From: a virus
Taxonomy: Duplodnaviria > Caudoviricetes
Strand: one strand, 5' to 3'
DNA length: 64,000 nucleotides
Virus record (IMG/VR): IMGVR_UViG_3300013426_000023
Span: 1 to 64,000 of that record
Made by a program: the position numbers and the translations under genes. Shown piece by piece: positions 49,534 through 59,844 of this stretch (its first letter is position 1; each line of letters starts with the position of its first letter). The notes below the pieces were generated by a model. It had not been told where the DNA came from, did not search any database, and saw only the letters and a program-made list of their open reading frames with translations.

Positions 49534-51754
49534 AGTCAACAAAATATTTAATTATTTTATTATTTTGTAATTTTATAAAACATTCATTATTTATGTTTTT
49601 CTTAAATATATATAATAAGACAAATGATATTATATCATTATATAAAGTATAATTATAACAGGATAAATTCTCTGAAATATTATCTTTAATATATTTATCC
49701 GCTTTTAAATATAAATTATATAATTCTAAAATTTTATTTTTTATTTTTTCAGATTCTGCATTCGTTGAATATCCTTTTAAATCTAAATTATCTAAATTCT
49801 TTAGTATTCCAAAACATCTTCTAATTTCAGATGTATCAATAGAACCTATATCAAATATATATTTTACTCTATTAAATACACTATCAGGTAAATCTTTATA
49901 AGATACTAAACTACCTATAAGGTTATTCTTAGAATTAAGATAATCAAGTTCAGTTATTATATGATTTTTATATTGGCTATTCAATAATTTCTTATACATT
50001 GTATTATTTATTAAATAATACTCAATATCATCATTTTTAGCTAATTGAAGCACTAAATTAGAACTGCCATTACCATATTCTCCAAGTATTATTTTATGTT
50101 TATTTACAAAAAAATTATCTAAATCTTGAACTTCTTTTTTCTCTCTATAATCATTATAATATACTTTATAAAATATTAAAATATTATTTATAAACTTATT
50201 TTGTTTTATTTCATCTTTCTTATCTTGTATATATTTTTGAATTTTCTTATCATTATAATCAAGTTCTATCTTAGGAATTGAATTTAAGTCATTAAATATG
50301 TTTATACACATTGAATCCTTAACAGATTGTGGTATTTTATTATAAGTTATACTATCATATATAGTATATAGTTTGTGATAAAAAGTTTGTAAAGTATTTA
50401 AATCGCTATCTTTAAATATATATATCTGTTTATCACAAAACCTTTCTTTTATATAATTTTTTAAATAATTTGTTAATTTGGAAGTATTTTTTAATTTCAA
50501 AAATACTGTATTTGATTTTAAGCTTAATATGTTGTTACCTGTTCTTGAACTATGATTTTTAATATATATAGCAGATATAGAAAACAAATCCTTAAAATAT
50601 GTATAATATACTTTATTTAATAAATAATTTTTGATAAAATCTGTAACAAGAACGTTATTATAATAATATTTTAAATTAAAACTTACTGAATTATTACTTT
50701 CTGCTGATATATCTAAATTAAATATATTTATAAAACATGTTTTATATAATTTATTTTTTAATTCCCATAAATTAGTACAATGTTTATATTTTTCTACAAC
50801 AGGTTTAATATTTGTATTAAGTTCTTTTAAAGCTTCTCCTATTCTATTATTTATATTACTGATAGTTTCATTTGTATATTGTATAGCTTCTCTATTAGGT
50901 GTTACATTTAATTCTCCTATATTGAATTTAAATACAAAACCTGTTGTACTTAATTTATTTATTTCATTTATATATTTATTATTAACAATCTTAAGATTTA
51001 ATGGATATAATACATTTCCAAGTAATATTTTATTTGATACAGATGTATTAAGAACTTTATAATAAATATATTCTTTTATTTTATATTCATTAAAATCTTT
51101 TATACAAAAATTAATATATTTATATTTATCATGATAATTTTCATTAGATTCGCTTATGTATTTAGCAAATACATTTGGAAAAAACTTAATGTAATCTAAA
51201 GCTTTTATGTATTTACCAATGTTAGTATCATTAAAATTAACAGATACTTCTAAACCGTTTCTATCATTTGTATCAGTAGTATTAACTAAGTTAGTAATAA
51301 TATCATTATTATCTTTAGTCATGATATAAGTATACTTCTTACCATTATGATAATTAACGATAGTAGCCATATTAGATACTGCCATAGGAGTAAGATGTCC
51401 TAATCCCCACATACCAATATAATCATTACTATTCCTTTTTGATGATGCTCCAATATTACAATATAAGTTTTGAAATTCTTGCTCTGTCAAACCTGTACCA
51501 TAATCTCTTATAGTTATAGTTTTATTACTACCATTAAATAAAATAATTACAGGTTCATTTGTATTACCTGCTGCAACATGTGCATCCCAAGCATTTGAAA
51601 CAATTTCTCTTATAAATGATTCTTCTGGCATTGAATAGAAGTTAGTACTTAAAATACTTGTAATAAAACTAATATTTTCTGCTTGTATTGTTGCTTTGTA
51701 GGATTTCATTTCACCTGTTTTCTCAATGACAGATTCTAATTGTTTATATATCAT
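49484..51754 (-). CDS. rIIA: rIIA-like protein (GHKL ATPase)
   Basis: IREIVSNAWDA, IRDYGTG, IGMWGLG, TPNREAIQY. Confidence 0.85.
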   Translation of the reverse strand: MIYKQLESVIEKTGEMKSYKATIQAENISFITSILSTNFYSMPEESFIREIVSNAWDAHVAAGNTNEPVIILFNGSNKTITIRDYGTGLTEQEFQNLYCNIGASSKRNSNDYIGMWGLGHLTPMAVSNMATIVNYHNGKKYTYIMTKDNNDIITNLVNTTDTNDRNGLEVSVNFNDTNIGKYIKALDYIKFFPNVFAKYISESNENYHDKYKYINFCIKDFNEYKIKEYIYYKVLNTSVSNKILLGNVLYPLNLKIVNNKYINEINKLSTTGFVFKFNIGELNVTPNREAIQYTNETISNINNRIGEALKELNTNIKPVVEKYKHCTNLWELKNKLYKTCFINIFNLDISAESNNSVSFNLKYYYNNVLVTDFIKNYLLNKVYYTYFKDLFSISAIYIKNHSSRTGNNILSLKSNTVFLKLKNTSKLTNYLKNYIKERFCDKQIYIFKDSDLNTLQTFYHKLYTIYDSITYNKIPQSVKDSMCINIFNDLNSIPKIELDYNDKKIQKYIQDKKDEIKQNKFINNILIFYKVYYNDYREKKEVQDLDNFFVNKHKIILGEYGNGSSNLVLQLAKNDDIEYYLINNTMYKKLLNSQYKNHIITELDYLNSKNNLIGSLVSYKDLPDSVFNRVKYIFDIGSIDTSEIRRCFGILKNLDNLDLKGYSTNAESEKIKNKILELYNLYLKADKYIKDNISENLSCYNYTLYNDIISFVLLYIFKKNINNECFIKLQNNKIIKYFVDYGKNFKAGESMYSDPK

Positions 51755-51786
51755 GTTATTTATTTTTAATATTCAAACAATATAAA

Positions 51787-51810
51787 TAAAAAAGGGAGGT
51801 TTTACCTCCC
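51787..51810 (-). terminator. Rho-independent terminator
   Basis: GGGAGGT-AAA-ACCTCCC followed by T-run on - strand. Confidence 0.8.
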
Positions 51811-51825
51811 AAATTTTATAATATT

Positions 51826-52095
51826 TTAAAGTAGTTCACTATACTCAGAATCAAGTAATATCCTCTTTTTATGAAGAATCTCTACTAATTTCTGAAATGG
51901 TGATTTTTTTACATTAGAAATGTTATGTTCTTTTGACTTTTGCACAACATTATCAACTTTTTTAGCTGTATTAGCTAAAATTATTTTCTCAAGTTTATCT
52001 GTTGATACCTGTGTAAAGTTTCTACCATAGAGTTTCTTTATTTTATCTTGAAGGTTAAGTCTCTTAATACCTTCATAAGCTTCTTTTCTATTCAT
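51826..52095 (-). CDS. Hypothetical protein
   Basis: YGRNFTQVST motif, 89 aa. Confidence 0.65.
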   Translation of the reverse strand: MNRKEAYEGIKRLNLQDKIKKLYGRNFTQVSTDKLEKIILANTAKKVDNVVQKSKEHNISNVKKSPFQKLVEILHKKRILLDSEYSELL

Positions 52096-52118
52096 AAATT
52101 TAATAGTTTAATTGTGAA

Positions 52119-53141
52119 TTAAAAAAATGGTAAATCATTATCTATTTCCTGTAAGAGAGAAGAATAAGAATCTTTAAATTCTTTAATTAATCTCTTTTTT
52201 CCAAAAAAATGATATATATCTGACCAATCCTTAGCTTGGTCAATTTTAGGACATTTTAATATAGAAAGTCCTGTTTTTAAAGATAAGTTATTTGCATCTT
52301 TTATACCTGCGTTATCTCCATCAAAAGCTATATAAATATGGTTAAATCGTTTTCTCAATATTTGTAGTGCAGTATCAGATAAACCTGTAGTCTCTGATTG
52401 CACATAAACACATGGAATCTGAACATTTGACCATAGACAAAGTGCATCTTTTAATGATGAGCATATCAATAACACATCTGCTGTCTCTGGTAGTTTAGAC
52501 CAAAGTCCTATAACACTCTTGTCATTGGAATTAGTCCATTTATAACCATTTTTATTATAGGGTTGATAGATTTTCTTTGTTATATTTCCTTCTTTTCTTT
52601 CAACAAAGCAATAAGCATATTTATCACAAGCAAACACATATCTTTTATTATCTTTATATATAATTTTATGAGAAATAGGATATACTTCTGTGTACTTTAC
52701 AAGATTTACATTACAACCATAACTCTCCCAATACTCAACATCATAATTTCTCCAATCCCTTACCTTCACTTCAAGTCTAATTTGACTGTTATTACTGATA
52801 GTAATATTGTGCTTAAGGTTAGATTTTTGAATATTAATCTGTTGAGTATTAATGTTCATATCACTACATAATTTGTTCAATAATTGAGGAAATGATATAT
52901 TATATATCTTCATCAACAAATCAAACAAAGAACCTTGCTCTCCTGTAGCAAAGTCTTTATAATGTATATGCTTTCCATCACTTGAATATATACCAAATGA
53001 TGGTTTATCATCTTTCCTTAAAGGGCTTTTCATCCTAAAAGGAACTTGAGTTATACCAAAGTAATAATTAAGAATTTGTCCTTCATTAACTTTGGTGAGT
53101 ATATCTTGTAAAGAGGCAGAAGTATATCCCTTACTTATCAT
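52119..53141 (-). CDS. DNA primase (DnaG/Toprim type)
   Basis: SPLRKDDKPSF..KDFATG N-domain; SSLKDAL, FDGDNAG, KDWSD; DLPF tail. Confidence 0.8.
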   Translation of the reverse strand: MISKGYTSASLQDILTKVNEGQILNYYFGITQVPFRMKSPLRKDDKPSFGIYSSDGKHIHYKDFATGEQGSLFDLLMKIYNISFPQLLNKLCSDMNINTQQINIQKSNLKHNITISNNSQIRLEVKVRDWRNYDVEYWESYGCNVNLVKYTEVYPISHKIIYKDNKRYVFACDKYAYCFVERKEGNITKKIYQPYNKNGYKWTNSNDKSVIGLWSKLPETADVLLICSSLKDALCLWSNVQIPCVYVQSETTGLSDTALQILRKRFNHIYIAFDGDNAGIKDANNLSLKTGLSILKCPKIDQAKDWSDIYHFFGKKRLIKEFKDSYSSLLQEIDNDLPFF

Positions 53142-53155
53142 AACATCAATATATT

Positions 53156-54100
53156 TTAAGCATTATCCCAAGGTGAAGAGGTAGGAGCTGTACCACTAAA
53201 AGGAAGTGCAGCATCACTATTATTAAGATTAGTCTCCTTTACACTATATTCATGTAAAGGATTATTATCAAACTCAGTAGTTTGTAAACCTCCTGCATTT
53301 TTCTTGCTCTGAATATCCGCATCAATCTTAGCCCAATTATTGCTGTTATTCTTTAGAGTATAATTAGTATAAAGAGTACTATACTGCTTGCCATCATCAG
53401 TAGTTCTCACACCAATCATAGCCTTAAACTTATTATTAGGCTGAAGAGTTACAATATCCTTAAGCTCTGAGAAATTACCACTAAAATAATCCTTAATATG
53501 GTCTAATCTACACTCAGAATCTGATGGATTATCAACCATTACCCACTCATTATTTACATACTTTTGACAAGATGGAATATTAAGATAATTCTGCAAGAAC
53601 ATTGTCAATGGTTCTTCACCAATAAATGCTGGTCTATAATTTGCACTGATGTTAAATTCATGACTTACACCATCCTTTTCATAAGTAGGAATTTTATGAT
53701 TCTTTACATCATCCTGTGTAGCCCATGCAGTTCTTCCGTATTCATCAATTACTTGACACTTAGTATTATCACGGTTAGTTCTTACTTTATTTTGAATAGT
53801 AAATCTTGCAGTAAAGAACTCCTCAATTCCATTATTTGTCTCAGGGTCAGCTTGACAAATAAATGTAACATGAGCTGTTTGTACTTTATTACCATCATTA
53901 TCGGTAATTTCACCTACATATTCTTGGTCTTTTGTAATCTCTCTATCATAGAGTTTACTCAATTGTTCCTTAGTAGGATTAAAGGCTCTTACAAAGAAAG
54001 AGCCTTGACCAATATATTTCTTAAACTCCGCTGCTTCTGTACTTACTTGTGACTTACCAAATGCCATAAATAAAAAGGATGTTTTAATGTTATTATTCAT
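53156..54100 (-). CDS. Probable single-stranded DNA-binding protein
   Basis: Position in replication cluster, GVRT motif, C-terminal LPF..PW tail, high-expression codon bias. Confidence 0.55.
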   Translation of the reverse strand: MNNNIKTSFLFMAFGKSQVSTEAAEFKKYIGQGSFFVRAFNPTKEQLSKLYDREITKDQEYVGEITDNDGNKVQTAHVTFICQADPETNNGIEEFFTARFTIQNKVRTNRDNTKCQVIDEYGRTAWATQDDVKNHKIPTYEKDGVSHEFNISANYRPAFIGEEPLTMFLQNYLNIPSCQKYVNNEWVMVDNPSDSECRLDHIKDYFSGNFSELKDIVTLQPNNKFKAMIGVRTTDDGKQYSTLYTNYTLKNNSNNWAKIDADIQSKKNAGGLQTTEFDNNPLHEYSVKETNLNNSDAALPFSGTAPTSSPWDNA

Positions 54101-54127
54101 TTCTTTAAATATTTAATATGTTAATAA

Positions 54128-54598
54128 TTAATCTAAATTCTCTGGAAATACTTTTTCTTCTGTACTATTTTCTACATTATCTATACTACTTGTAGACTCT
54201 GTTGATTCTGTAGTGTTTGTAATATCAACAGGTTCTACATTATCAACAATAGATTCTACTGATGATTCTGATTCATTTACTTCCTCTACAGGAACAACAA
54301 ATGTAAGTACTCTTTTCTTAAGTTGATACTTATTATCTTTGTCCATCTTAGGAGTACCATCCTCATTTACTTGTGGAATATAGTCACACTTAATGAGCTG
54401 ACCAGATGTATAACCAGTGAGATTCTTTACACCATTCTCTGATGATTCAATAAAAGTATTAAGGTCTTCCTTCTCTTTTGTAAGTTCCTCAATTTTCTTA
54501 TCAATTGAATCAATCTTCTTATACATAGGAAGATTATTCAAAAAGATTCTCTTAATACTAGCAATTTCTCTACTTGTAAGTTCTGTTAATGCTTTCAT
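54128..54598 (-). CDS. Hypothetical protein (coiled coil, acidic tail)
   Basis: 156 aa ORF. Confidence 0.65.
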   Translation of the reverse strand: MKALTELTSREIASIKRIFLNNLPMYKKIDSIDKKIEELTKEKEDLNTFIESSENGVKNLTGYTSGQLIKCDYIPQVNEDGTPKMDKDNKYQLKKRVLTFVVPVEEVNESESSVESIVDNVEPVDITNTTESTESTSSIDNVENSTEEKVFPENLD

Positions 54599-54676
54599 TT
54601 TAATTTAAATTTAATATATTAATATTATGTTATTTCCTCCATTCATTAATTTTTTATTTTTTTACTAAATATACAA

Positions 54677-55360
54677 TTATCCATTGTAATATTCATCCAT
54701 TGCCTTTACGACAAGTCCTAAATCATTAGGAATAAAATCCTTATCAAACATTTCTGCTGGTGATTTAGCTGGTATCTCAATGTTTCCATCAAGACATTTA
54801 TGAGTATAAAATCCATATATAGGATTTTTATTCTCATCATATTTTACAGTTGAATATAACAACATTGGAACAACCTCAATAGGATTATATGAATTATCAA
54901 TCAATTTACCTATTGTTGAAGGTTTATAACCAACAATAACATTGTCTGATACTATATCTTCACTATGCATGATAAGAAATACATTCATATTCTCTCTCAT
55001 ATTTTCAGCAGTACTAATAATACTTTGAAAATGAGAAGCCATATCTACAAATTTATTAAAGCCAGTCTGTTTAGCTGTCTTGAAATATTCCTTTCTCATA
55101 ATATAAGTTGCATCATCAATTACTACATTTCTTACATTATGAGCTTTATCACTAATAGCTTGCATATAGGATATAATATCACTAAAACTATCCAACATGA
55201 ATAGATTTTTATTCTCTGTATTATAAATCTTTCCACTACCTTTAAATGGTAATTTTTTCTTTAATACATTGAATATAACTGTTGATTTTGGGTCTAATGT
55301 CTTAATAGAAGTTGATTTACCACAACCAGACTTACCCATGATTAAAACTACATTTGCCAT
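54677..55360 (-). CDS. AAA_24 / Sak4-like ATPase (recombinase)
   Basis: GKSGCGKST, VVIDD, PAKSP..IPNDL. Confidence 0.85.
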   Translation of the reverse strand: MANVVLIMGKSGCGKSTSIKTLDPKSTVIFNVLKKKLPFKGSGKIYNTENKNLFMLDSFSDIISYMQAISDKAHNVRNVVIDDATYIMRKEYFKTAKQTGFNKFVDMASHFQSIISTAENMRENMNVFLIMHSEDIVSDNVIVGYKPSTIGKLIDNSYNPIEVVPMLLYSTVKYDENKNPIYGFYTHKCLDGNIEIPAKSPAEMFDKDFIPNDLGLVVKAMDEYYNG

Positions 55361-55387
55361 ATTATTTCTTCTACTTCTTATAGGAAT

Positions 55388-55421
55388 TGCAAAAATAACA
55401 TAAATATTTTACTCAAGCAAA
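55388..55421 (-). promoter_or_regulatory. Bacteroidota promoter
   Basis: TATTTTTG (-7; 55397-55390) and TTTG (-33; 55421-55418), 20-bp spacer. Confidence 0.65.
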
Positions 55422-56581
55422 CCTTTAACTTTATTTATTATACTATACATAAGCATACTAATAGACGTCTTAACATCATTAGTACTTCTTATTTTATGAA
55501 GATACTTATAAACTTTGTCAAGTTCTACCTTATTATTAGGTAATGGTAACTCATCAAAGTAATTAATAGCACCATCAAAGAATAAAGGACATATACCATT
55601 AGATTGTCCATTTCTATTTAATACTACCTCAAGTACTCTAAAATTACCTTTTAATTGTTTAATATCATATCCTAAATACTCAGGTAATTCATAAGAGAAA
55701 GGATTAGTAATACCTAACATTATACTACAATCCTTAGCTGTATATTTACTATCACTTAAACCAGCCATTGTAGGTCTAATCTTATTATTTTTAAATGCAT
55801 CAAGATTAGTAGTTTCTGTTGATTGCTGTTGAACAGCAACAGGTATATAATTATATCTATTTCTAAATATAATCATATATTCACTATACTTATTAATACA
55901 TTCTCTAAGAGTCATACCTCTCTCCTGTTCCAACAATGATATATGGTCAGTAATTATAAATACATATTCATTAGGATTATCTGGCTCATAATAATCAAAA
56001 CATTCTCCTTCTTTCTCTTGACCCCATTCATCCTTATATTTATATTTTTTCTTATGTGTTTTACCATGTGTATCTGCATAAGATTTTACTGTTTTCCAAA
56101 TACCTGTTGGATTTCTATCTGATTGAAATGATACTACTTCTTCATAATAAGACATTATATTTTTATACTTATCTGAATTAAGCAAGTCTAATATCTTAGT
56201 GTCAACTGGTTTCTTATTATCAGTTGATTTTAGATTTGTAGGACTTATCCTAATATTATCAAATATATATAATAAATATGCCATAAACCTAAGAGTTATA
56301 GCTTCTTCAGTTTCTTCCAAATTATAATAAAATATCTTAGGTTTTATTATGTCTTTATGTTTATATGAGTACAATATAGTATTATATACAAATAGAAAAT
56401 TTGTAAATTGTGTTTTACTTGCTTTTGTTGCACCACTAATTAAATAGTATGTCCCTTGTTCTATTCCAGGAATTTCACTTCTAAACCTATTGAAAGGAAG
56501 AGGAATACAATTAATTTCTCCATTAATTATTTTCTCTCTTCTTTTCTTTAGAATATTAAGTACTCTTTCTCTTAAACTCAT
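55409..56581 (-). CDS. DnaB-like replicative helicase
   Basis: SGATKASKT Walker A, YNLEE, ITDHISLL, VQQQ, LSDSK, LNRNG. Confidence 0.8.
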   Translation of the reverse strand: MSLRERVLNILKKRREKIINGEINCIPLPFNRFRSEIPGIEQGTYYLISGATKASKTQFTNFLFVYNTILYSYKHKDIIKPKIFYYNLEETEEAITLRFMAYLLYIFDNIRISPTNLKSTDNKKPVDTKILDLLNSDKYKNIMSYYEEVVSFQSDRNPTGIWKTVKSYADTHGKTHKKKYKYKDEWGQEKEGECFDYYEPDNPNEYVFIITDHISLLEQERGMTLRECINKYSEYMIIFRNRYNYIPVAVQQQSTETTNLDAFKNNKIRPTMAGLSDSKYTAKDCSIMLGITNPFSYELPEYLGYDIKQLKGNFRVLEVVLNRNGQSNGICPLFFDGAINYFDELPLPNNKVELDKVYKYLHKIRSTNDVKTSISMLMYSIINKVKGLLE

Positions 56582-56907
56582 TAGAATGTCTTAATATAAT
56601 CCTTTTGATTCTGTAAGTGTTCAGCATTCTTATTAAGAGTATATTCAAGATTATCTTTGTATTTACTTATAATCTTGATTCTATTTGTAAGAATTTCATT
56701 ATATTTTACGTAAGCATTTTTTTCAGCTCTTGCTCTTGCAAGTTTTTTACCTTTTTCTAAGTTAAAATCCTCATTTTTAGCAATTGCAACACCTACAGTA
56801 TTAATTTGGTCAAAAGGAACACCAAACTTTGCGTTGCATACTACTACTTTGTTACTCTCATCTACCTTGAATGAAAATTCAAGTTGTCTCATTTTAAAAT
56901 TTTCCAT
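56581..56907 (-). CDS. Hypothetical protein
   Basis: GVAIAKNEDFNLEKGKKLARARAE motif common in phages. Confidence 0.65.
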   Translation of the reverse strand: MENFKMRQLEFSFKVDESNKVVVCNAKFGVPFDQINTVGVAIAKNEDFNLEKGKKLARARAEKNAYVKYNEILTNRIKIISKYKDNLEYTLNKNAEHLQNQKDYIKTF

Positions 56908-57003
56908 TTTACTTTTAAATTTAATATATTAAACAATAAAGTTATTTATTAATAATAATAGGAGTATCTTCTTTAAAATATTCCCAAGTTATATAGTTAT
57001 CTG

Positions 57004-57624
57004 TCATTTTAATTCTGTTGTCCAATCATTTGAAATATTATCTTCTTGACCTTCATTTTCAATATAAGATAACAATTGAGAATTATCTTCTGTAGAACCA
57101 TCAATACCAGTAGTTCTTTTACTTATGAAATATTTAAGAAGTTGCATGTATCTATAGTTACCATTAAATGAATTAACATATTTTTTAACTGCATTTATTG
57201 CCTGTTCGTCTGTGAAATCTACTTTGAATTTTCTTACTAAATTTTTTAATCTTAATGCTATTATATTAGTAGAATCTCTCCATTGATAAGCAGTTCCTTC
57301 TTTTCTCCCTTTTGGATATAATTCTCTCAATTTATCTGCCAATACAACAAATCTATCTTTTAATTCATTTTCTACTGGAACTAGTTGCTGTATTTCACTA
57401 TTAAGTACTAAAGCTTCTATTACGTTTATACCATATTGGTTTATCTTTACATTCTCAGCATATCCTCTACTAATAAAATCATATTGAATCATACCTTTAT
57501 TACATAAGGATTTAAATGTAGAAAGCTCTATCTTCTTTTTAAAATAGAGAGAAACAAGATACATACATTCATCTATAGTTAATCCTGTTTCTTCTATTTT
57601 GTCAGTATCTATTATTATTTTCAT
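57004..57624 (-). CDS. Putative replication initiation / helicase-loader-type protein
   Basis: wHTH-like N-half, LYPKG..YMQLLKYFISK; next to helicases. Confidence 0.45.
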   Translation of the reverse strand: MKIIIDTDKIEETGLTIDECMYLVSLYFKKKIELSTFKSLCNKGMIQYDFISRGYAENVKINQYGINVIEALVLNSEIQQLVPVENELKDRFVVLADKLRELYPKGRKEGTAYQWRDSTNIIALRLKNLVRKFKVDFTDEQAINAVKKYVNSFNGNYRYMQLLKYFISKRTTGIDGSTEDNSQLLSYIENEGQEDNISNDWTTELK

Positions 57625-57633
57625 AATGACTAT

Positions 57634-58854
57634 TTATATTTTAACTTCCTTAATTTTACTAATATCACTTAAATTTATTATATATTCTTTATTGTAATTC
57701 TCAAGCATTTTATTTTTTATTTCTTCATCTCTTGAATTTACAATATATGGTATAATAATATATGGATTTTTACATCTTAAACTTCTACCTACACGTTGAA
57801 TACCAATAATTTCTGATGCATTTAAATTTGCAAATATAGCTACCTTACAATCTTTTAAATTCATACCTTCATCAAGAATATGCACAGCAGTTATATGTTT
57901 TATCTTATTATTATTAAAATCATCTAATGTCTTTAAAGCTTTTGATGTCTTACTATGTATTGCATTACTTCCAAGTATTTCAGATTGTTCAATATTATTG
58001 CAGAAAGTTAATGTTCTTTGTTCCTTTAAGAGAGATAAAATATACTTTACTGTATTATTCTTATACATTGAAAGCCATTTTAATCTATCTCCTGCTGACC
58101 TTAGCCATTTATTTTTAATAGCTATTGACCTTGAAGACATAAATCTTTTTTTATACCAATCTATCTGGTCTGACATATAGGAATAATATTGTCTTGCAGT
58201 ACAATGAATAATTATTTTTCTATTAGAAAATCTTTTTATATAATTCCATCTTTCTTCAAAATTACATTCTATTGGATTATTACATCTTGGATTTTTGATA
58301 ATAGTATATTGTCTGTTTTTTGTATCTAACTGTATAGGAATTGTAATTATTGTAGGAGTAGGAAGAATGTTATCTTCTATAGCATCATTTAATGTATTTT
58401 TTACAATATTATAAGTACCAAAACTTTCAAAGAAATACATAATTTCTTTAGGTAATGTAGCACTTAATACTATAATTTTTGATGTAGGAGAAATCTTCAT
58501 ATCTATAAAAGTTTCTCTTCTTGCTTCAGACATATGTTGAGCCTCATCAAATATCCATATATCAGCATATCTATTACATTTATCTATACTATTATAACAT
58601 TTAATATCTATACCTTTTGAATGATAGTCCCATTTTTTTAGTTCATCCTTCCAGTTATTTATTAATGCTCTTCTAGGAACAAGAATATTAACTGTAATTT
58701 GTTCTTCTCCTTGTTTGATAAGTTTATCTTCTATAGCCTTTATACAATCAATAGCAATTTTAGTCTTACCACTGCCTGTACTAAGTTGTAGAATTGTTGT
58801 TCTTACGCTAAAAATCTTTTTTAGAGTGTTATTTAGCAGTTCTTCTCTTGTCAT
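57634..58854 (-). CDS. Superfamily 2 helicase
   Basis: STGSGKT, DEAQH, LSAT, DEGMN, QRVGRSLR. Confidence 0.9.
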   Translation of the reverse strand: MTREELLNNTLKKIFSVRTTILQLSTGSGKTKIAIDCIKAIEDKLIKQGEEQITVNILVPRRALINNWKDELKKWDYHSKGIDIKCYNSIDKCNRYADIWIFDEAQHMSEARRETFIDMKISPTSKIIVLSATLPKEIMYFFESFGTYNIVKNTLNDAIEDNILPTPTIITIPIQLDTKNRQYTIIKNPRCNNPIECNFEERWNYIKRFSNRKIIIHCTARQYYSYMSDQIDWYKKRFMSSRSIAIKNKWLRSAGDRLKWLSMYKNNTVKYILSLLKEQRTLTFCNNIEQSEILGSNAIHSKTSKALKTLDDFNNNKIKHITAVHILDEGMNLKDCKVAIFANLNASEIIGIQRVGRSLRCKNPYIIIPYIVNSRDEEIKNKMLENYNKEYIINLSDISKIKEVKI

Positions 58855-59261
58855 TTAAGTATCTTTACTTTAACATGTTCTACATTTATTCTCTTTGAAT
58901 CTTTTGGATGTATGAGAATATCAATCCTATGTTTATGTCTTTTATTCATAATATCCTTTACTTGATATTCTCCATATCCTTCTATATATACTCTTTTAGG
59001 CTTTCCTTTTGGAAATAACCATAATAAGTCTCTTGAGATTGCACACCATTTAATTTTATTGTTTCTTAAATGATATAAATTTATCTTTGAACCATCAGAA
59101 GTAACTAATGGTTCATTATTACATTGTGATTTAATTGGCTGATAGCAAGTCAATGTCACATGGGTTGTCTGTGCACAGCATTTCATGCAGGTAAAACATA
59201 GCATTCCTACCAACATAACAATCCATAATGCACATCTATAATTTATTCTTATTTTATACAT
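58851..59261 (-). CDS. Exported 3D/DPBB-domain protein (putative peptidoglycan hydrolase)
   Basis: Signal-like N-terminus; T.YQP..QC..PLVTSDG, CAISRD, VKDIMNKR..RIDIL. Confidence 0.7.
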   Translation of the reverse strand: MYKIRINYRCALWIVMLVGMLCFTCMKCCAQTTHVTLTCYQPIKSQCNNEPLVTSDGSKINLYHLRNNKIKWCAISRDLLWLFPKGKPKRVYIEGYGEYQVKDIMNKRHKHRIDILIHPKDSKRINVEHVKVKILK

Positions 59262-59269
59262 AACATTTC

Positions 59270-59653
59270 TTATAATATTTTCTTGTCAAACTTTGACATT
59301 AACACTACAATGCGTTTGTATTTAGAAACAACTAACCCAAAAGGGACTAATCCGTTTTTTGCTCCATTAAGAAACTTACAATCAAATCTCTTTAGTCTGT
59401 CATTCCATACTGTTTCAACAACACTTCCTGTCTCTAAGTTAGATATGATGTCACCAACATAAATATCTTTCCCATTCATATCCTTTTCACCTGTGTACTG
59501 GCAGACGGTGGAAGGGTCAACAACATGTGAGCCTCCATTAATAGGAGCAATCATAGTCACTTTTTCTGCATGAAGCAAGTCACCTTCCACCCATTCTCCA
59601 TTGTCAAGTTTCTTAGCCTTGAATTTAATATCTTCTAATCTCATATTAGTCAT
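59270..59653 (-). CDS. YopX family protein
   Basis: IKFKAK..WVEGDL, TVCQYTGEKDMNGKDIYVGDI. Confidence 0.85.
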   Translation of the reverse strand: MTNMRLEDIKFKAKKLDNGEWVEGDLLHAEKVTMIAPINGGSHVVDPSTVCQYTGEKDMNGKDIYVGDIISNLETGSVVETVWNDRLKRFDCKFLNGAKNGLVPFGLVVSKYKRIVVLMSKFDKKIL

Positions 59654-59827
59654 TTTAATACATATTCCAAATCAAATACAAAATCTCCTAACAAGTCTAT
59701 TTTCTTTCTTATTAGTTCTGCTTCCAAATCAAACTTGTGTTCAACACAAAAATTTAATTCACTCAACAGTTTATCTCTTTCAGACTTCCATTTAGCCAAA
59801 AGCTCATTTTTTTTCTATCTTTTCCAT
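59650..59827 (-). pseudogene. Small gene (~58 aa) frameshifted at an A8 tract; absent from ORF track
   Basis: ATG GAA AAG ATA GAA AAA AAA TGA; deleting one A gives MEKIEKNELLAKWKSERDKLL...DLEYVLK* with an ATGA overlap onto yopX. Confidence 0.65.
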
Positions 59828-59844
59828 ATCACTCTTCTTTAAGT

